A stretch of DNA of 64,000 nt from Pseudomonadota bacterium. Its GTDB lineage: Bacteria; Pseudomonadota; Alphaproteobacteria; Sphingomonadales; Sphingomonadaceae. Every line of letters begins with the position of its first letter. Position 1 is the stretch's first letter. The translations under genes and the position numbers were made by a program. Below are positions 45,413-56,365 of the stretch, one piece after another. The stretch spans positions 300 through 64,299 of the forward strand of contig JBCBMN010000001.1 of the NCBI GenBank assembly GCA_039822745.1, written 5' to 3'. Below the pieces are notes generated by a model. It made no database searches, was not told the DNA's origin, and saw only the letters and a program-made list of their open reading frames with translations.

Positions 45413-46356
45413 GTATGCTCTCCGAGTTTGTACTTCATGGCGACGATGATGCGCTCAAGATCACCCTGCGTGCTCGGGACCATCTGGCGCAGATTGCAGA
45501 AGGAGTGCGTCACCCCCTTCATCTCTATAAACGTGAAGTCAGCCCCCGCATCGGCCAGCGCCTTGGCATAAGCGCGCCCGGAATCGCGGATCGGATCAAG
45601 ACTGGCAGTGATGACCACGGTCGGCGGAGCGCTGGCATGATCACCCAATATCGGAAAGCCGCGTGGGTCGCTTTCATCGGCGGCATACGATTCGCTGAAC
45701 AGCGTCATCGAGGCTTCGGTCAGGATATAGCCATCGCCAAACTGCGCGTAGCTTTCAGACTCCCGCACGTCGTTCGTAGCCGGGAAGATCGGGACTTGCA
45801 GGATGACGGGCACATCCGCTGGCTTGGTTGTGAGCAGTTGGCTGACCGCGATGGTGGCCGTTCCACCTGCGCTGTCGCCGATTGTGATGATGCCCGTTGC
45901 CTCGCGACCCAGAGCCTCTGGCGAGGATGCCACCCAGCGCGTTGCCGTTTCGCAATCCTCGATGGCAGCGGGGAAGGGTGCTTCGGGCGCGCGGCGATAA
46001 TCGACTGCGACAAGCGGCAAGTCCATCAGCGCTGCGATCTCGGTGCACAGCGCATGGTGCGTTTCAAGATCGCCAATCACAAACCCGCCGCCGTGATAGA
46101 ATGTAATGATCGGGCCAGCTTCCCGGCTTTCGCGCGCATCGTACAGCCGGAGCGGAATGTCTCCCGCCGGGCCTGGGCAGGTGAGGTCCGTAATCACCGC
46201 CAGATCGCGCGCCGGTCGGTCGGCCATGGCGTGCAGCGCGCCGTAAGACGCCCTCGCTTCCTCAAGCGACATCTCGGCAATCGATGGCCCGTCAATGCCA
46301 GCCATCATATCGAGCAGGGCCTTCATGTCGGGGCGAATAAATGGGGTGTCAGTCAT
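45409..46356 (-). CDS. Esterase/lipase, HSL family
   Basis: HGGGF, GDSAGG, DPIRD and HSF. Confidence 0.92.
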   Translation of the reverse strand: MTDTPFIRPDMKALLDMMAGIDGPSIAEMSLEEARASYGALHAMADRPARDLAVITDLTCPGPAGDIPLRLYDARESREAGPIITFYHGGGFVIGDLETHHALCTEIAALMDLPLVAVDYRRAPEAPFPAAIEDCETATRWVASSPEALGREATGIITIGDSAGGTATIAVSQLLTTKPADVPVILQVPIFPATNDVRESESYAQFGDGYILTEASMTLFSESYAADESDPRGFPILGDHASAPPTVVITASLDPIRDSGRAYAKALADAGADFTFIEMKGVTHSFCNLRQMVPSTQGDLERIIVAMKYKLGEHT

Positions 46357-46435
46357 GGTCGTTCAGTCTATTTGCCTCTCTCAATTTTGACGGACTTATG
46401 CACCATCGCTAGTCGCCTGAAAACAAGGAAGGCAT

Positions 46436-47392
46436 ATGGATAATCTGACGCACGGCCTCACCGGTGCTTTGATGGGACAGATGGGGCTTAAGACAAAGAC
46501 CGGCCTTGGGCTGGCGGCGCTGGTGCTTGGGGCGAACCTTCCCGATATCGATGTGGTGGGGCTGTTATGGCTCGACAGCGCTGAGGCGCTAGGGTTCCGG
46601 CGCGGGATTACGCATGGACCGATCGGGGTGGTGCTGCTGCCGCTTGGTTTGGCGGCGCTGCTATGGGGTTTTGACCGATGGCAGGAAAGGCGCGGTAAGC
46701 GACCGGCGGGCCGCGATCCGGTGAACTTCAAATGGCTTTATGTGCTCGGGCTGATCGGAGCGATCTCGCACTCGCTGATGGATTGGCTGAATGTCTATGG
46801 CGTGCGGTTCCTCTATCCCTTCGACAAAAGCTGGTATTACGGCGACACGCTGTTCATCATCGATGTGTGGCTGTGGGCGTTGCTCGCGCTGAGCGTGTGG
46901 TGGTCCGCGCGGGCTGAGAAGCGGGGCGGGCGTTGGCGGCGGCCAGCCTGGATAGGCATGGCGCTGGCGATGGTGTTTGTGGCGGCGAACTACGCGATCA
47001 CCTTCTTCGACTACAACGCCGGCGGACGTTTCCGCGTGCCTTATCCCGAGCGCTACATCTCATCGCCCATGCCCTTCCAGTTCTGGAAGCGCGAACATAT
47101 TGCGCAGCTTGAAAGCGGGCGCTGGATCGGAAGCGAGTGGGAAGGGGTGCTCTTGGAATCGGGCTATCGCGCATCGCGCAGTATTCAGTGCGAATTGCCG
47201 GACTTTGCCGAGATGCGGAAGACGAACGCGCAGCTTGATGGTTTCCTCACCTGGACGCGTGCGCCCATTGCCGAAGGACAGCGCGATGGCTCGATCATCC
47301 TGCGCGATGCGCGCTTCTACGACCCGTTGGTGCGCGACCGGTTCAGCGTGGCCTTGCCAGATGTGCAATGTGTGGAACTTGGAGCCGACTGA
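46436..47392 (+). CDS. Metal-dependent hydrolase (YdjM-like membrane protein)
   Basis: MDNLTH, PDID, RGITH and SHSLMDWLNVYG. Confidence 0.88.
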   Translation: MDNLTHGLTGALMGQMGLKTKTGLGLAALVLGANLPDIDVVGLLWLDSAEALGFRRGITHGPIGVVLLPLGLAALLWGFDRWQERRGKRPAGRDPVNFKWLYVLGLIGAISHSLMDWLNVYGVRFLYPFDKSWYYGDTLFIIDVWLWALLALSVWWSARAEKRGGRWRRPAWIGMALAMVFVAANYAITFFDYNAGGRFRVPYPERYISSPMPFQFWKREHIAQLESGRWIGSEWEGVLLESGYRASRSIQCELPDFAEMRKTNAQLDGFLTWTRAPIAEGQRDGSIILRDARFYDPLVRDRFSVALPDVQCVELGAD

Positions 47393-47407
47393 GGCGCTTT
47401 GCATGGC

Positions 47408-48796
47408 ATGAGTGACACGCAAATCGTGTGGCTGCGGCGCGATCTGCGCCTGGCTGACAACCCTGCCTTGTTTGAAGCGTCAAAGCGCGGTCCCGTTATC
47501 GCTGTCTATGTGCTGGATGATGCAGCGGCCAAGACCCATGCCTATGGTGGGGCTTCGCGCTGGTGGCTGCATCATTCGCTCAGCGGTCTGGCGCGGCGTC
47601 TGGAAGAGCGCGGCTCGCGGCTGATCCTGCGCAAAGGGGATTGCATCGAGCATCTCACCGGAATCACCAAGGAGACGGGCGCGAGCGCCGTGCATGCCAA
47701 TCGCCATTACGAACCATGGTGGCGCAATGCCGAAAAGGCGCTGGACGAACGGCTCGATCTTAAGCTCTATGATGGCAACTACCTCACCACTATGGGCTCA
47801 ATCACGACCGGAACGGGCGGTCAGTACAAGATCTACACTCCGTTCAGCCGGGCCGTGCGGGCGCAATTCCCTCCGCGTGATCTGGTGCCTGAGCCAACGC
47901 TCGCCGCGCCCGAGGTTTGGCCCGCGAGCGACGCGCTAGAGGACTGGAACCTGCTCCCGACAAAGCCCGACTGGTCCGGCGGTATCGCACAAGCGTGGGA
48001 GGTGGGCGAGGAGGCTGCTCACAAGCGCCTTGCCTGGTGGGAGGCGCATGTCGATGACTACGAAGACAAACGCAATTTCCCCTCGGTCGAGAAAGTCTCG
48101 CGCCTCTCCCCGCACCTCCATTTCGGCGAGATTTCACCGCTTCAGATCTGGCATCACTTTGCAGGTCGCCATACGAAGGGCTGGGAGATTTACGAAAGCG
48201 AGCTGATCTGGCGCGACTATGCGCAGAACACGGTGGCGCAATTTCCGCTCTATGCGCGCGCCAATTACCGTGAGGACTTTGACCAGATCGAATGGCGCGA
48301 TCCCAAGAATGATCCTGACGCAGCGCGCGACCTCAAGAAATGGCAGCAGGGCAAGACCGGCTACCCGATCGTCGATGCCGGAATGCGTGAGCTGTATCAG
48401 ACCGGCTGGATGCACAACCGGGTGCGGATGATCGCGGCGAGTTTCCTGATCAAACACCTCCTGATCGATTGGCGCGAGGGCGAAAAGTGGTTCTGGGACA
48501 CGCTGGTCGATGCCGATTATGCCTCCAACGCGACCAATTGGCAGTGGACCGCAGGGACAGGGGTCGATTCCAATATGTTCAGCCGCATCATGGCCCCGCT
48601 CAGCCAGTCGGAGAAGTTTGATTGCGCCGCCTATATCCGCGAATTCGTGCCTGAACTCGCGCATCTGGATGAGCCTTATATCCACGATCCGGAGGAGTTT
48701 GGTCGCTTGCCCAAGGCCTATCCGGCTAAGATCATCGCTCACCGCACCGCGCGTGAGCGTGCTCTTGATGCCTATAAGGCGATGAAAGAGGTATAG
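47408..48796 (+). CDS. phrB: Deoxyribodipyrimidine photolyase (cryptochrome/photolyase family)
   Basis: WLRRDLRLADNPAL, SRLSPHLHFGEIS, TGYPIVDAGMR and GWMHNRVRM. Confidence 0.94.
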   Translation: MSDTQIVWLRRDLRLADNPALFEASKRGPVIAVYVLDDAAAKTHAYGGASRWWLHHSLSGLARRLEERGSRLILRKGDCIEHLTGITKETGASAVHANRHYEPWWRNAEKALDERLDLKLYDGNYLTTMGSITTGTGGQYKIYTPFSRAVRAQFPPRDLVPEPTLAAPEVWPASDALEDWNLLPTKPDWSGGIAQAWEVGEEAAHKRLAWWEAHVDDYEDKRNFPSVEKVSRLSPHLHFGEISPLQIWHHFAGRHTKGWEIYESELIWRDYAQNTVAQFPLYARANYREDFDQIEWRDPKNDPDAARDLKKWQQGKTGYPIVDAGMRELYQTGWMHNRVRMIAASFLIKHLLIDWREGEKWFWDTLVDADYASNATNWQWTAGTGVDSNMFSRIMAPLSQSEKFDCAAYIREFVPELAHLDEPYIHDPEEFGRLPKAYPAKIIAHRTARERALDAYKAMKEV

Positions 48797-48848
48797 AACT
48801 GCGCACAGCGCTTGCCCGTGAGTACCGGCCACGTCTATTGGGGCGCCC

Positions 48849-50108
48849 ATGAACGCGCAGGGTTCCAGAGGGCCAGTACGAGGGCAGGAATTGCTCAGCA
48901 GCGGAGATCGCTTCGCTGGCAGGCCGGGCGTGTTGTCGCGTCTTCTGGCTCCCGGATTTCGGGCCATCGTCAACGCGGTGGATGCAGGGCTTGAGCGCGG
49001 CTCGATGCTTGCGCATCTGCCCGACGGCACGACGCGGCTGCTGGGTGGCCGCGCGCCAGGATTTGATGTGCGGATCGAGCTTAAGGATTGGCGCGCGCTT
49101 TTGAGGCTGGCGACGAACGGATCGATTGGCTGGTATCAGGCCTATGAAGCGGGCGAGTGGGAGTGCGACGACATGGTCGCGCTGTTCGCCGTCATGGGCG
49201 ATAATGCCCGCAGGCTTGGCAACACCGCGCGCTCTTCGGGGCCATTCAAATGGGCTGCCAATCTGGCGCACCGCCTGAACCGAAACAGCCGCTCAGGCGC
49301 TGAACGGAACATCGCGGCGCATTACGACCTCGGGAATGATTTCTACCGCGCCTGGCTCGATCCCAGCATGGCCTATTCAAGCGCGCTGGGACTTGATCCA
49401 AAGGCAGGTGAACCCGGGTTAGAAGCAGCGCAACGCGCCAAGTTTGAGGCGATTGCGCAGCGGCTTGGAACGCCGGACACGGTGCTCGAAATTGGATGCG
49501 GATGGGGATCTTTGTCCGATTTGCTGGCCGAGCAGGGTGCTCAGGTCACCGCGGTCAGCTTGTCAGAGGAACAACTGGCCTTTGCGCGCGACCATTGCTC
49601 TCCCTTTATCACCTTCGAGAAGCGCGATTACCGCGACATTGAAGGCGGGTTCGATGCGATTGCCAGTGTTGAAATGGTCGAGGCCTTGGGGCGCGAATAT
49701 TGGTCTGATTTCATGGACACTATCGCCCGTGCACTTAATGCCGGTGGCAAAGCGGCGATCCAGTACATCTCCATGGCTGACGACCTGTTTGAAACCTACG
49801 CCAGCACCGCTGAGTTTATTCAGGCCTACATCTTTCCCGGTGGCCTTTTGATCAAGACCAGTGAATTTCGCGAACTCGCCGAGGCGCATGGGCTGTCATG
49901 GCAGGATCAAACGGATTTCGGCCTCGACTATGCGGAAACCTTGAAAGTCTGGCGCACGCGCTTTGATCGGGCGGTTGAGGAAGGGCGGCTTCCCGCTGGC
50001 TTTGACGCGCGCTTTGTCAGGCTTTGGCGATATTACCTTTCCTATTGCGAGGCAGGCTTTCGCTGCCGTAACGTCAATGTGCATCAGGTCACGCTCACAA
50101 AGCGATAG
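48849..50108 (+). CDS. Cyclopropane-fatty-acyl-phospholipid synthase family methyltransferase
   Basis: NIAAHYDLGNDFY, LEIGCGWG, YIFPGG and WRYYLSYCEAGF. Confidence 0.92.
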   Translation: MNAQGSRGPVRGQELLSSGDRFAGRPGVLSRLLAPGFRAIVNAVDAGLERGSMLAHLPDGTTRLLGGRAPGFDVRIELKDWRALLRLATNGSIGWYQAYEAGEWECDDMVALFAVMGDNARRLGNTARSSGPFKWAANLAHRLNRNSRSGAERNIAAHYDLGNDFYRAWLDPSMAYSSALGLDPKAGEPGLEAAQRAKFEAIAQRLGTPDTVLEIGCGWGSLSDLLAEQGAQVTAVSLSEEQLAFARDHCSPFITFEKRDYRDIEGGFDAIASVEMVEALGREYWSDFMDTIARALNAGGKAAIQYISMADDLFETYASTAEFIQAYIFPGGLLIKTSEFRELAEAHGLSWQDQTDFGLDYAETLKVWRTRFDRAVEEGRLPAGFDARFVRLWRYYLSYCEAGFRCRNVNVHQVTLTKR

Positions 50109-50145
50109 GCCAAAACCCAAGCGACTTTAGGAGAGGGCCGCGACT

Positions 50146-51357
50146 ATGAAGACAGCGAAATGGCTTTTGGCGAGCGGAGCTGCGTTTGCCCTGGTTGGGT
50201 GCGGCGGCTCAATGGCTCCCGGCGTAGAAAGTGCACCGTTACCAATGGCAAAGGTGCGCCTGTTGGCTCCACCACAGGTCGATCCGGCTGAGCTTCAGGT
50301 CCTGTTCTGGAACGATGAGCAGCGCACCCAGCGTTTCCGCGAAATGGAGAAGTGGTTTGCAGGGCACGAAGTCCCTGCGGCCAGTGTCACCACCGTCCTT
50401 GCGAAAGGAGAGCCGCTGCCTGACGCGCTGGCCAACGAGATTCGCGAGACCATGGCAAAGACCAACGCGGCAGGCGTCATGGTCTGGCACAAGGGAGCGG
50501 TCCGCTTTGAGGGTTACGGGCTCGACTTTGGCCCCGAACAGCGATGGACCAGCTTTTCGGTTGCGAAGAGCTTTACCTCCACCCTTCTGGGCGCGGCACT
50601 GGCCGATGGGTTTATCGGCAGCCTCGAAGATCCCGTCACCCAATACATCCCCGACCTTGAAGGATCGTCCTATGACGGAGTGACGGTCAAGCAATTGGCC
50701 ACCATGACCAGCGGCGTCTCTTGGAACGAAGACTACGCCGATCCAAATAGCGACGTGGCGCAAATGAACCGTTTTGTGCTCGAATATGGGCCGACGGCGA
50801 TTGTTGAGCAGATGAAGCGTCTGGGACGCGATGCGGAACCGGGCACCAAGTTCAATTACAAGACCGGCGAGACCAATCTGATCGGTCTGTTGGTTGAGAA
50901 TGCGGTGGGCTTGTCGCTGGCCGAGTATTCGCAGGAAAAGATAGTCGAGCCCGCAGGTTTCGAGAACGGTCTGTTCTGGATGGTTGATCCGCGCGGCGGC
51001 AATATTGGTGGGTGCTGTCTCTCGCTGTCGCTGGCGGACTACACCCGCATGGGTGTGTTTGTCCTCAAGGGCGGCAAGGATCAGGACGGCAATGCAAGCG
51101 TGCCAGAAGGCTGGTTCGCTGAAGCAGGAGACTCGGTCGTCGACTTTGGTGATTCAGGCTTTGGCTATGGATATCAGTGGTGGACCTATCCCGGCGGCAA
51201 TTTCGGCGCTCAGGGCATTTTCGGGCAATCGATTACCCTAGTCCCTTCTGAAGAGCTGGTGCTCACCGTCGTCAGCAATTGGCCCAAGGCTACCAGTGGC
51301 GAATATCGCGGAGCATGGGGTTCTATCGCTGCAAAGGTTGCCGCGACCGGAAAGTAA
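50146..51357 (+). CDS. Serine hydrolase, beta-lactamase/NylB-like lipoprotein
   Basis: Lipobox LVGC; SVAK (SxxK), FNYKT, YGYQWW and GIFGQ. Confidence 0.88.
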   Translation: MKTAKWLLASGAAFALVGCGGSMAPGVESAPLPMAKVRLLAPPQVDPAELQVLFWNDEQRTQRFREMEKWFAGHEVPAASVTTVLAKGEPLPDALANEIRETMAKTNAAGVMVWHKGAVRFEGYGLDFGPEQRWTSFSVAKSFTSTLLGAALADGFIGSLEDPVTQYIPDLEGSSYDGVTVKQLATMTSGVSWNEDYADPNSDVAQMNRFVLEYGPTAIVEQMKRLGRDAEPGTKFNYKTGETNLIGLLVENAVGLSLAEYSQEKIVEPAGFENGLFWMVDPRGGNIGGCCLSLSLADYTRMGVFVLKGGKDQDGNASVPEGWFAEAGDSVVDFGDSGFGYGYQWWTYPGGNFGAQGIFGQSITLVPSEELVLTVVSNWPKATSGEYRGAWGSIAAKVAATGK

Positions 51358-51360
51358 GGA

Positions 51361-51382
51361 CGCCCCGCACATGGGCGGGGCG
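51361..51382. terminator. GC hairpin between convergent genes
   Basis: CGCCCCGC-N6-GCGGGGCG; no U tract. Confidence 0.45.
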
Positions 51383-51417
51383 ACGCTCAATAACGGTGGC
51401 GGCAGAGTGCAGCCGGG

Positions 51418-51765
51418 TCAGATCGCTTTACGCGGTGCTGTGATGTGGCTGTAACGCTGCAGAATATTGTCGTGCACGATCGGACTGAGCAGTTCGGTGA
51501 ACGCGCAGCCGACAATGCAGTTGTCCCACCAGACCACTTCGCTTTGCAGCGACTCAAGGCCCGGAAGCGTCAGCCAGCACATCTGGCCTTCGTTCATGCG
51601 ATTGATTGAGGCAGCCGAGAAGCCCGAAATCGACAGATCATGGACGACGCTCTGAAACGCCCGTCCGCCTGACGCGCGCAGGGTCGCAGGAATTGTGAGC
51701 TTTGTTCTGGGCGCGCAGCGATCTTCTTGCGCAGCTACATCGTACTGATTCTTATCCGTCGGCAT
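51418..51765 (-). CDS. Stand-alone PilZ domain protein
   Basis: RCAPR (RxxxR) and DLSISG (DxSxxG). Confidence 0.9.
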   Translation of the reverse strand: MPTDKNQYDVAAQEDRCAPRTKLTIPATLRASGGRAFQSVVHDLSISGFSAASINRMNEGQMCWLTLPGLESLQSEVVWWDNCIVGCAFTELLSPIVHDNILQRYSHITAPRKAI

Positions 51766-51941
51766 CGCCTTTGTGCTCTCATACCAATAGCTGTTGGTCT
51801 CTTGCCAGTGGTCTGATTGTTAGTTTGGTCGACGCTCAAAGACACCACTTGGCCTTAACAGGCGATAGTGAGGATCGGTTAATGAGAGGTTTTCTGTGTT
51901 TTTTTGACCGCTCGGTCAGCACGTTTGGCCGAGATCGAGTC

Positions 51942-52664
51942 TTATTCGACCCGCTCGCGGTGCAAGCCGTCAAAGTCTTCGGTCAGCAAGTCGACGAGGC
52001 GATTGGCGACCACTTCAGGTGGTTTGACCGTCTGCGGATCTTCGCCGGGATAAGCCCGCTCGCGCATCTGTGTGCGAGTCGCGCCTGGATCAACAATAGC
52101 CACCCGAACGGGGCTGAGCCGTTCGACTTCAGCAGCGTAGGTCGCGAGCATATTGTCGAACGCGGCCTTGGTTGAGCTGTAGGCGCCCCAGAATGGGCGC
52201 GGATTGGCGCCAACGCTGCTGGTGAGGCCAATGACGCGGCCTTGCTCGGATCGGCGCAGCAGCGGGTCAAAATTGGCAAGCAAGGCCTGTGTGGCGACGA
52301 CATTGGTCATCATCGCTTGATTGAACTGCTTGGGGTCGACCTGTGAAAGCGGTGTCAGCTCTGGTAGATAAGCCGCTGAGAGAAGAAGGATTTCCAGAGT
52401 TTCCCAGCGTCCGGCAATGGCGCTGGCCAGACGCGAGACCGAGTCCGCTTCGGTCAAGTCCACCGGTGCAATTGTCGATGTTCCGTCCGCCTCATGAATG
52501 GCGTCCTCGATTGCTTCGAGTGGCTTCACCTTGCGCGCCACCAGTATGACATGCGCTCCGGCCTTGGCGAGCGCGATGGCGCTGGCCGCGCCAATGCCCT
52601 GGCTCGCACCTGTCACCAAGGCTGTGCGCCCGGCTAGGGGCTTTTCATTCTGGACTTCACTCAT
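51942..52664 (-). CDS. SDR family oxidoreductase (YciK-like)
   Basis: TGASQGIG, WGAYSSTK and PGATRTQMRERAYPGED. Confidence 0.9.
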   Translation of the reverse strand: MSEVQNEKPLAGRTALVTGASQGIGAASAIALAKAGAHVILVARKVKPLEAIEDAIHEADGTSTIAPVDLTEADSVSRLASAIAGRWETLEILLLSAAYLPELTPLSQVDPKQFNQAMMTNVVATQALLANFDPLLRRSEQGRVIGLTSSVGANPRPFWGAYSSTKAAFDNMLATYAAEVERLSPVRVAIVDPGATRTQMRERAYPGEDPQTVKPPEVVANRLVDLLTEDFDGLHRERVE

Positions 52665-52668
52665 GGGG

Positions 52669-54147
52669 TCAAGCGGCTTTCGGGTCAGCAAAGGGCAGTT
52701 GAGGTGACGAACGCTCGCGATTGGCGAGGTCGGTCAGGCTGGTGGGATAGTCGCCGGTGAAGCACGCATCGCAAAATTGGGGTTGCGCCTCGTCACGGCC
52801 ATGGGTTCCCACCGCGCGATACAATCCGTCGATTGATATGAAGGCGAGGCTGTCCGCATGGATAAACTCACGCATCGATTCCAATTGCATGCGAGCAGCG
52901 AGCAGCTTGGACCTTTCAGGCGTATCGACACCATAAAAACAGCTATGCGCGGTAGGTGGGCTAGCAACCCGGAAGTGTACTTCGCTTGCGCCAGCCTCCC
53001 GCATCATCTCGACGATGTTGAGGCTGGTCGTGCCGCGCACGATCGAATCGTCGATCAGGACAATGCGTTTGCCTTCGACAAGTCCGCGATTGGCGTTGTG
53101 CTTGCGCTTCACGCCAGAATGCCGCGCGCTGTCGGAGGGCTGGATGAAGGTTCGGCCAACATAGTGCGAGCGAATGATACCAAGCTCAAAGGGAAGGCCG
53201 GAGGCCTGCGCAAAACCGATGGCTGCCGGAACACCGCTATCTGGCACAGGAACCACCAGATCGACATCGCAGGGCGCTTCTTTGGCGAGTTCAACCCCGA
53301 TGGCTTTGCGTGCCTCATAGACACTTTGGCCAGCAAAAAAGCTGTCAGGGCGGCTGAAATAGACGTGCTCGAAAATGCAAGGGCGGGGCTTTTGCGTGCC
53401 GAAGGGGTGGACGCTCTTGATGTTGCCCTCAAAATCCACCTGCAGAAGCTCGCCAGGCTCAACCTCTCGGATCATCTTTGCGCCAACCACATCAAAGGCG
53501 ACGCTCTCCGAGGCAAAGACGATGCCATCGCCCAGTTTGCCCATTACAAGAGGGCGAATGCCAAGCGGATCACGGCAGGCGATCATGCCTTCAGGCGTCA
53601 TCACGATCAGCGCATACGCGCCCTCGACCAAGCGCAACGCATCAATCAACCTGTCCGCAATGGTGGGATAACGCGAGGTCGCGACGAGGTGGATGATCAC
53701 TTCGGTGTCAGACGTGGACTGGAAGATCGAACCTTTGTCGACCAGATCCTTGCGCAAGGACTGCGCGTTGGAAATGTTGCCGTTATGCGCAACGGCAAAT
53801 CCTCCGGTGGCCAATTCAGCATAAAGCGGCTGCACATTGCGCAGGTCTGATCCACCGGTTGTCGAATAGCGCACATGACCAGCCGACATCGTGCCGGGCA
53901 GAGCGTTGATTTCTGCTTCGTTTGAGAACGTGTCGGCGACATGGCCCAATGCACGGCGCGATACGAAGTTCGCAGATTCGTGGTCGAAGCTGGTTATACC
54001 CACCGCTTCCTGACCGCGATGCTGCAGCGCATGCAGGCCAAGCGCAGTGGCCGCAGCCGCGTCAACGGCATTGATGGCTCCGAAAATCCCGCATTCTTCG
54101 CGCAGCTTGTCACCGTCATGATCGTGAAAGGGATGCGTCACATTCAT
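52669..54147 (-). CDS. purF: Amidophosphoribosyltransferase
   Basis: EECG, LQHRGQE, HVRYST, SRPDS and DDSIVRGTT. Confidence 0.99.
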   Translation of the reverse strand: MNVTHPFHDHDGDKLREECGIFGAINAVDAAAATALGLHALQHRGQEAVGITSFDHESANFVSRRALGHVADTFSNEAEINALPGTMSAGHVRYSTTGGSDLRNVQPLYAELATGGFAVAHNGNISNAQSLRKDLVDKGSIFQSTSDTEVIIHLVATSRYPTIADRLIDALRLVEGAYALIVMTPEGMIACRDPLGIRPLVMGKLGDGIVFASESVAFDVVGAKMIREVEPGELLQVDFEGNIKSVHPFGTQKPRPCIFEHVYFSRPDSFFAGQSVYEARKAIGVELAKEAPCDVDLVVPVPDSGVPAAIGFAQASGLPFELGIIRSHYVGRTFIQPSDSARHSGVKRKHNANRGLVEGKRIVLIDDSIVRGTTSLNIVEMMREAGASEVHFRVASPPTAHSCFYGVDTPERSKLLAARMQLESMREFIHADSLAFISIDGLYRAVGTHGRDEAQPQFCDACFTGDYPTSLTDLANRERSSPQLPFADPKAA

Positions 54148-54398
54148 GGCCGACTCTTCCTAGCGAGTTGCTGCGCGGAAACGTGGGCGCTCAATGGCGA
54201 TGTTACGGATCAATTACAAGTGTCTGTGGCGCGGGATTCACGCCTTTTTGCTGACCGGTTTAAGACAGCAGCTGATCGGCTTTACGCACAAGCTCAGCGC
54301 AAGTGTGCATTGTGCAGGCTTGCGCTGGTCCCTAAAGCTTGCGTTCACATCCATGCCCTCACTCTTGACGGCTCACTTTCGGATAGACTTCGCACCCT

Positions 54399-55637
54399 AT
54401 GCTCACCCCATTCGAACGTATGATAGCCAAGCGCTATCTCTGGCCCGGTAAGGGTGAAGCCTTCATCGCGCTGGTGGCGAGCATATCCATCGGTGTTGTG
54501 ATGCTGAGCGTGGCGATGCTCGTGATCGTGATGAGTGTCATGAACGGTTTTCGCGGAGAGCTGCTCGACAAGATTGTCGGGTTGAATGGCCACGCTATCG
54601 TGCAAGGCTATGGCGGAAAGCTCGACAATTGGGAAAGCGTCCTCACGCAGGTGCGCGAAACTGAGGGCGTGACCGATGCCTCTCCGCTGATCGAACGGCC
54701 TACGGTGGTCACTCACAATGGAATGGCCTCAGCGATCTTTCTGCGCGGAAATATCGAAGAGGATATCGCAGCACTGCAAGACAAAGTTGTGATGGGCCAG
54801 ATTGATCGCCTAGTTCCGGGCGAGAGGCGCGTGGCGATCGGTACGAGGCTTGCCCAGAACATTGGCGCAAGGATCGGCGATACGATCACGATTGTGAACG
54901 TTAATGGCCGCCCGACTCCGTTTGGCACTCAGATCAGGCGAGTGGGTTACGAGGTTGCTGCCATCTTTGAAGTCGGCATTTACGACTATGATGAGAAGTT
55001 CGTCGTCATGCCCATACAGGATGCGCAGACCTTGTTCTTGATGGGCGACACGGTCGGAATGATCGAGCTTTCGGTTAGCGACGCAGACCGAGTTGGCGAT
55101 ATCCTAGGCCCAATCAAGGATGCGCTTGAAGGCAGAGCGGCCGTAGCCGATTGGCGCACGATCAACTCAGCCTTGTTCGAAGCCTTGCAGGTCGAGCGCG
55201 CAGCCATGGGATTTGCGCTCAGTTTCATGGTTCTGGTTGCGGCGTTTAACATTCTTTCGAGTCTTGTGATGTTGGTGCGAGCAAAGACCCGCGACATTGC
55301 GATCATGCGCACCATGGGAGCAACGCGGCGGTCCTTGCTCAAGATTTTCGTCACCACTGGCACGACGATTGGCGCGGTTGGAACCTTCTCTGGCCTGATC
55401 CTGGGCGCAATTGTCCTGTTCTTCCGCGAACCTATTGTGGCGGGCATCGCCTTTGTGACGGGGCAGGAATTGTGGGATCCCGAAGTCCGCTTCCTCTCGA
55501 CCCTGCCTTCGCGCACGGACCCTTGGGAGGTTGCCGCCATCATTGCACTCGCGATCACGCTGAGTTTCCTTGCGACCCTTTATCCCGCGCTGAAGGCGGC
55601 CAACACTGATCCCGTGCAGGTGCTGCGTTATGAGTAG
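54399..55637 (+). CDS. Lipoprotein-releasing ABC transporter permease (LolC/E)
   Basis: [32 protein letters not shown] and [11 protein letters not shown]. Confidence 0.95.
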   Translation: MLTPFERMIAKRYLWPGKGEAFIALVASISIGVVMLSVAMLVIVMSVMNGFRGELLDKIVGLNGHAIVQGYGGKLDNWESVLTQVRETEGVTDASPLIERPTVVTHNGMASAIFLRGNIEEDIAALQDKVVMGQIDRLVPGERRVAIGTRLAQNIGARIGDTITIVNVNGRPTPFGTQIRRVGYEVAAIFEVGIYDYDEKFVVMPIQDAQTLFLMGDTVGMIELSVSDADRVGDILGPIKDALEGRAAVADWRTINSALFEALQVERAAMGFALSFMVLVAAFNILSSLVMLVRAKTRDIAIMRTMGATRRSLLKIFVTTGTTIGAVGTFSGLILGAIVLFFREPIVAGIAFVTGQELWDPEVRFLSTLPSRTDPWEVAAIIALAITLSFLATLYPALKAANTDPVQVLRYE

Positions 55638-56307
55638 CGGGGCGATTGCAGAACTGCGCGGGGTCATGCGCAGCTTTAAACAAGGTGGCCAGCGGATTGA
55701 CGTTCTGCGCGGGGTGGACCTCTCGATCCAGCCCGGCGAGATTGTCGCGCTGCTTGGCCCATCGGGTTCAGGCAAATCGACCTTGCTGCAAGCGGTGGGC
55801 TTGCTCGAAGGCGGATTTGAAGGCTCGATTGCGATTGCCGGGACGCGCGCCGAGGATCTTGAGAGCGACCAGCGCACTGCGCTTCGTCGCGAGCATCTGG
55901 GCTTTGTCTATCAATTCCACCATCTGCTGCCTGATTTCGACGCTCGCGAGAATGTGATTATGCCGCAAATGATCGCGGGTGCCGATCGCAGGCACGCAGA
56001 GGATCGCGCTGACGCGCTGCTGACCAGTCTTGGACTTGGCCACCGCCTCACCCATCGCCCCAGCCAGCTTTCCGGCGGCGAGCAGCAACGTGTGGCCGTG
56101 GCGCGCGCGTTGGCGATCCGTCCGACACTGGTGCTTGCGGACGAGCCTACCGGCAATCTCGATGAGGCAACTTCGGACGCCGTGCTGGCGCAGTTTCTTG
56201 AGCTTGTGCGCGGCGAGGGCAGCGCAGCCTTGGTCGCGACGCATAACGAGCGTCTAGCGGCGCGGATGGACCGGATCGTGCGGCTGGTGGATGGGGTGCT
56301 GGAATAG
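55630..56307 (+). CDS. lolD: Lipoprotein-releasing ABC transporter ATPase
   Basis: [27 protein letters not shown] and ADEPTGNLD. Confidence 0.95.
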   Translation: MSSGAIAELRGVMRSFKQGGQRIDVLRGVDLSIQPGEIVALLGPSGSGKSTLLQAVGLLEGGFEGSIAIAGTRAEDLESDQRTALRREHLGFVYQFHHLLPDFDARENVIMPQMIAGADRRHAEDRADALLTSLGLGHRLTHRPSQLSGGEQQRVAVARALAIRPTLVLADEPTGNLDEATSDAVLAQFLELVRGEGSAALVATHNERLAARMDRIVRLVDGVLE

Positions 56308-56365
56308 CGCCTGAGACAAGCGCCAACCGCTTCATGCGGCGATTGAACATAGGAGGATTCCGACA

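Noticed and set aside
50146-51357. Beta-lactamase as target of the BlaI/M56 pair
   Set aside because: It lies about 15 kb away, no TACAnnTGTA box was seen upstream, and it resembles NylB/esterase-type serine hydrolases.
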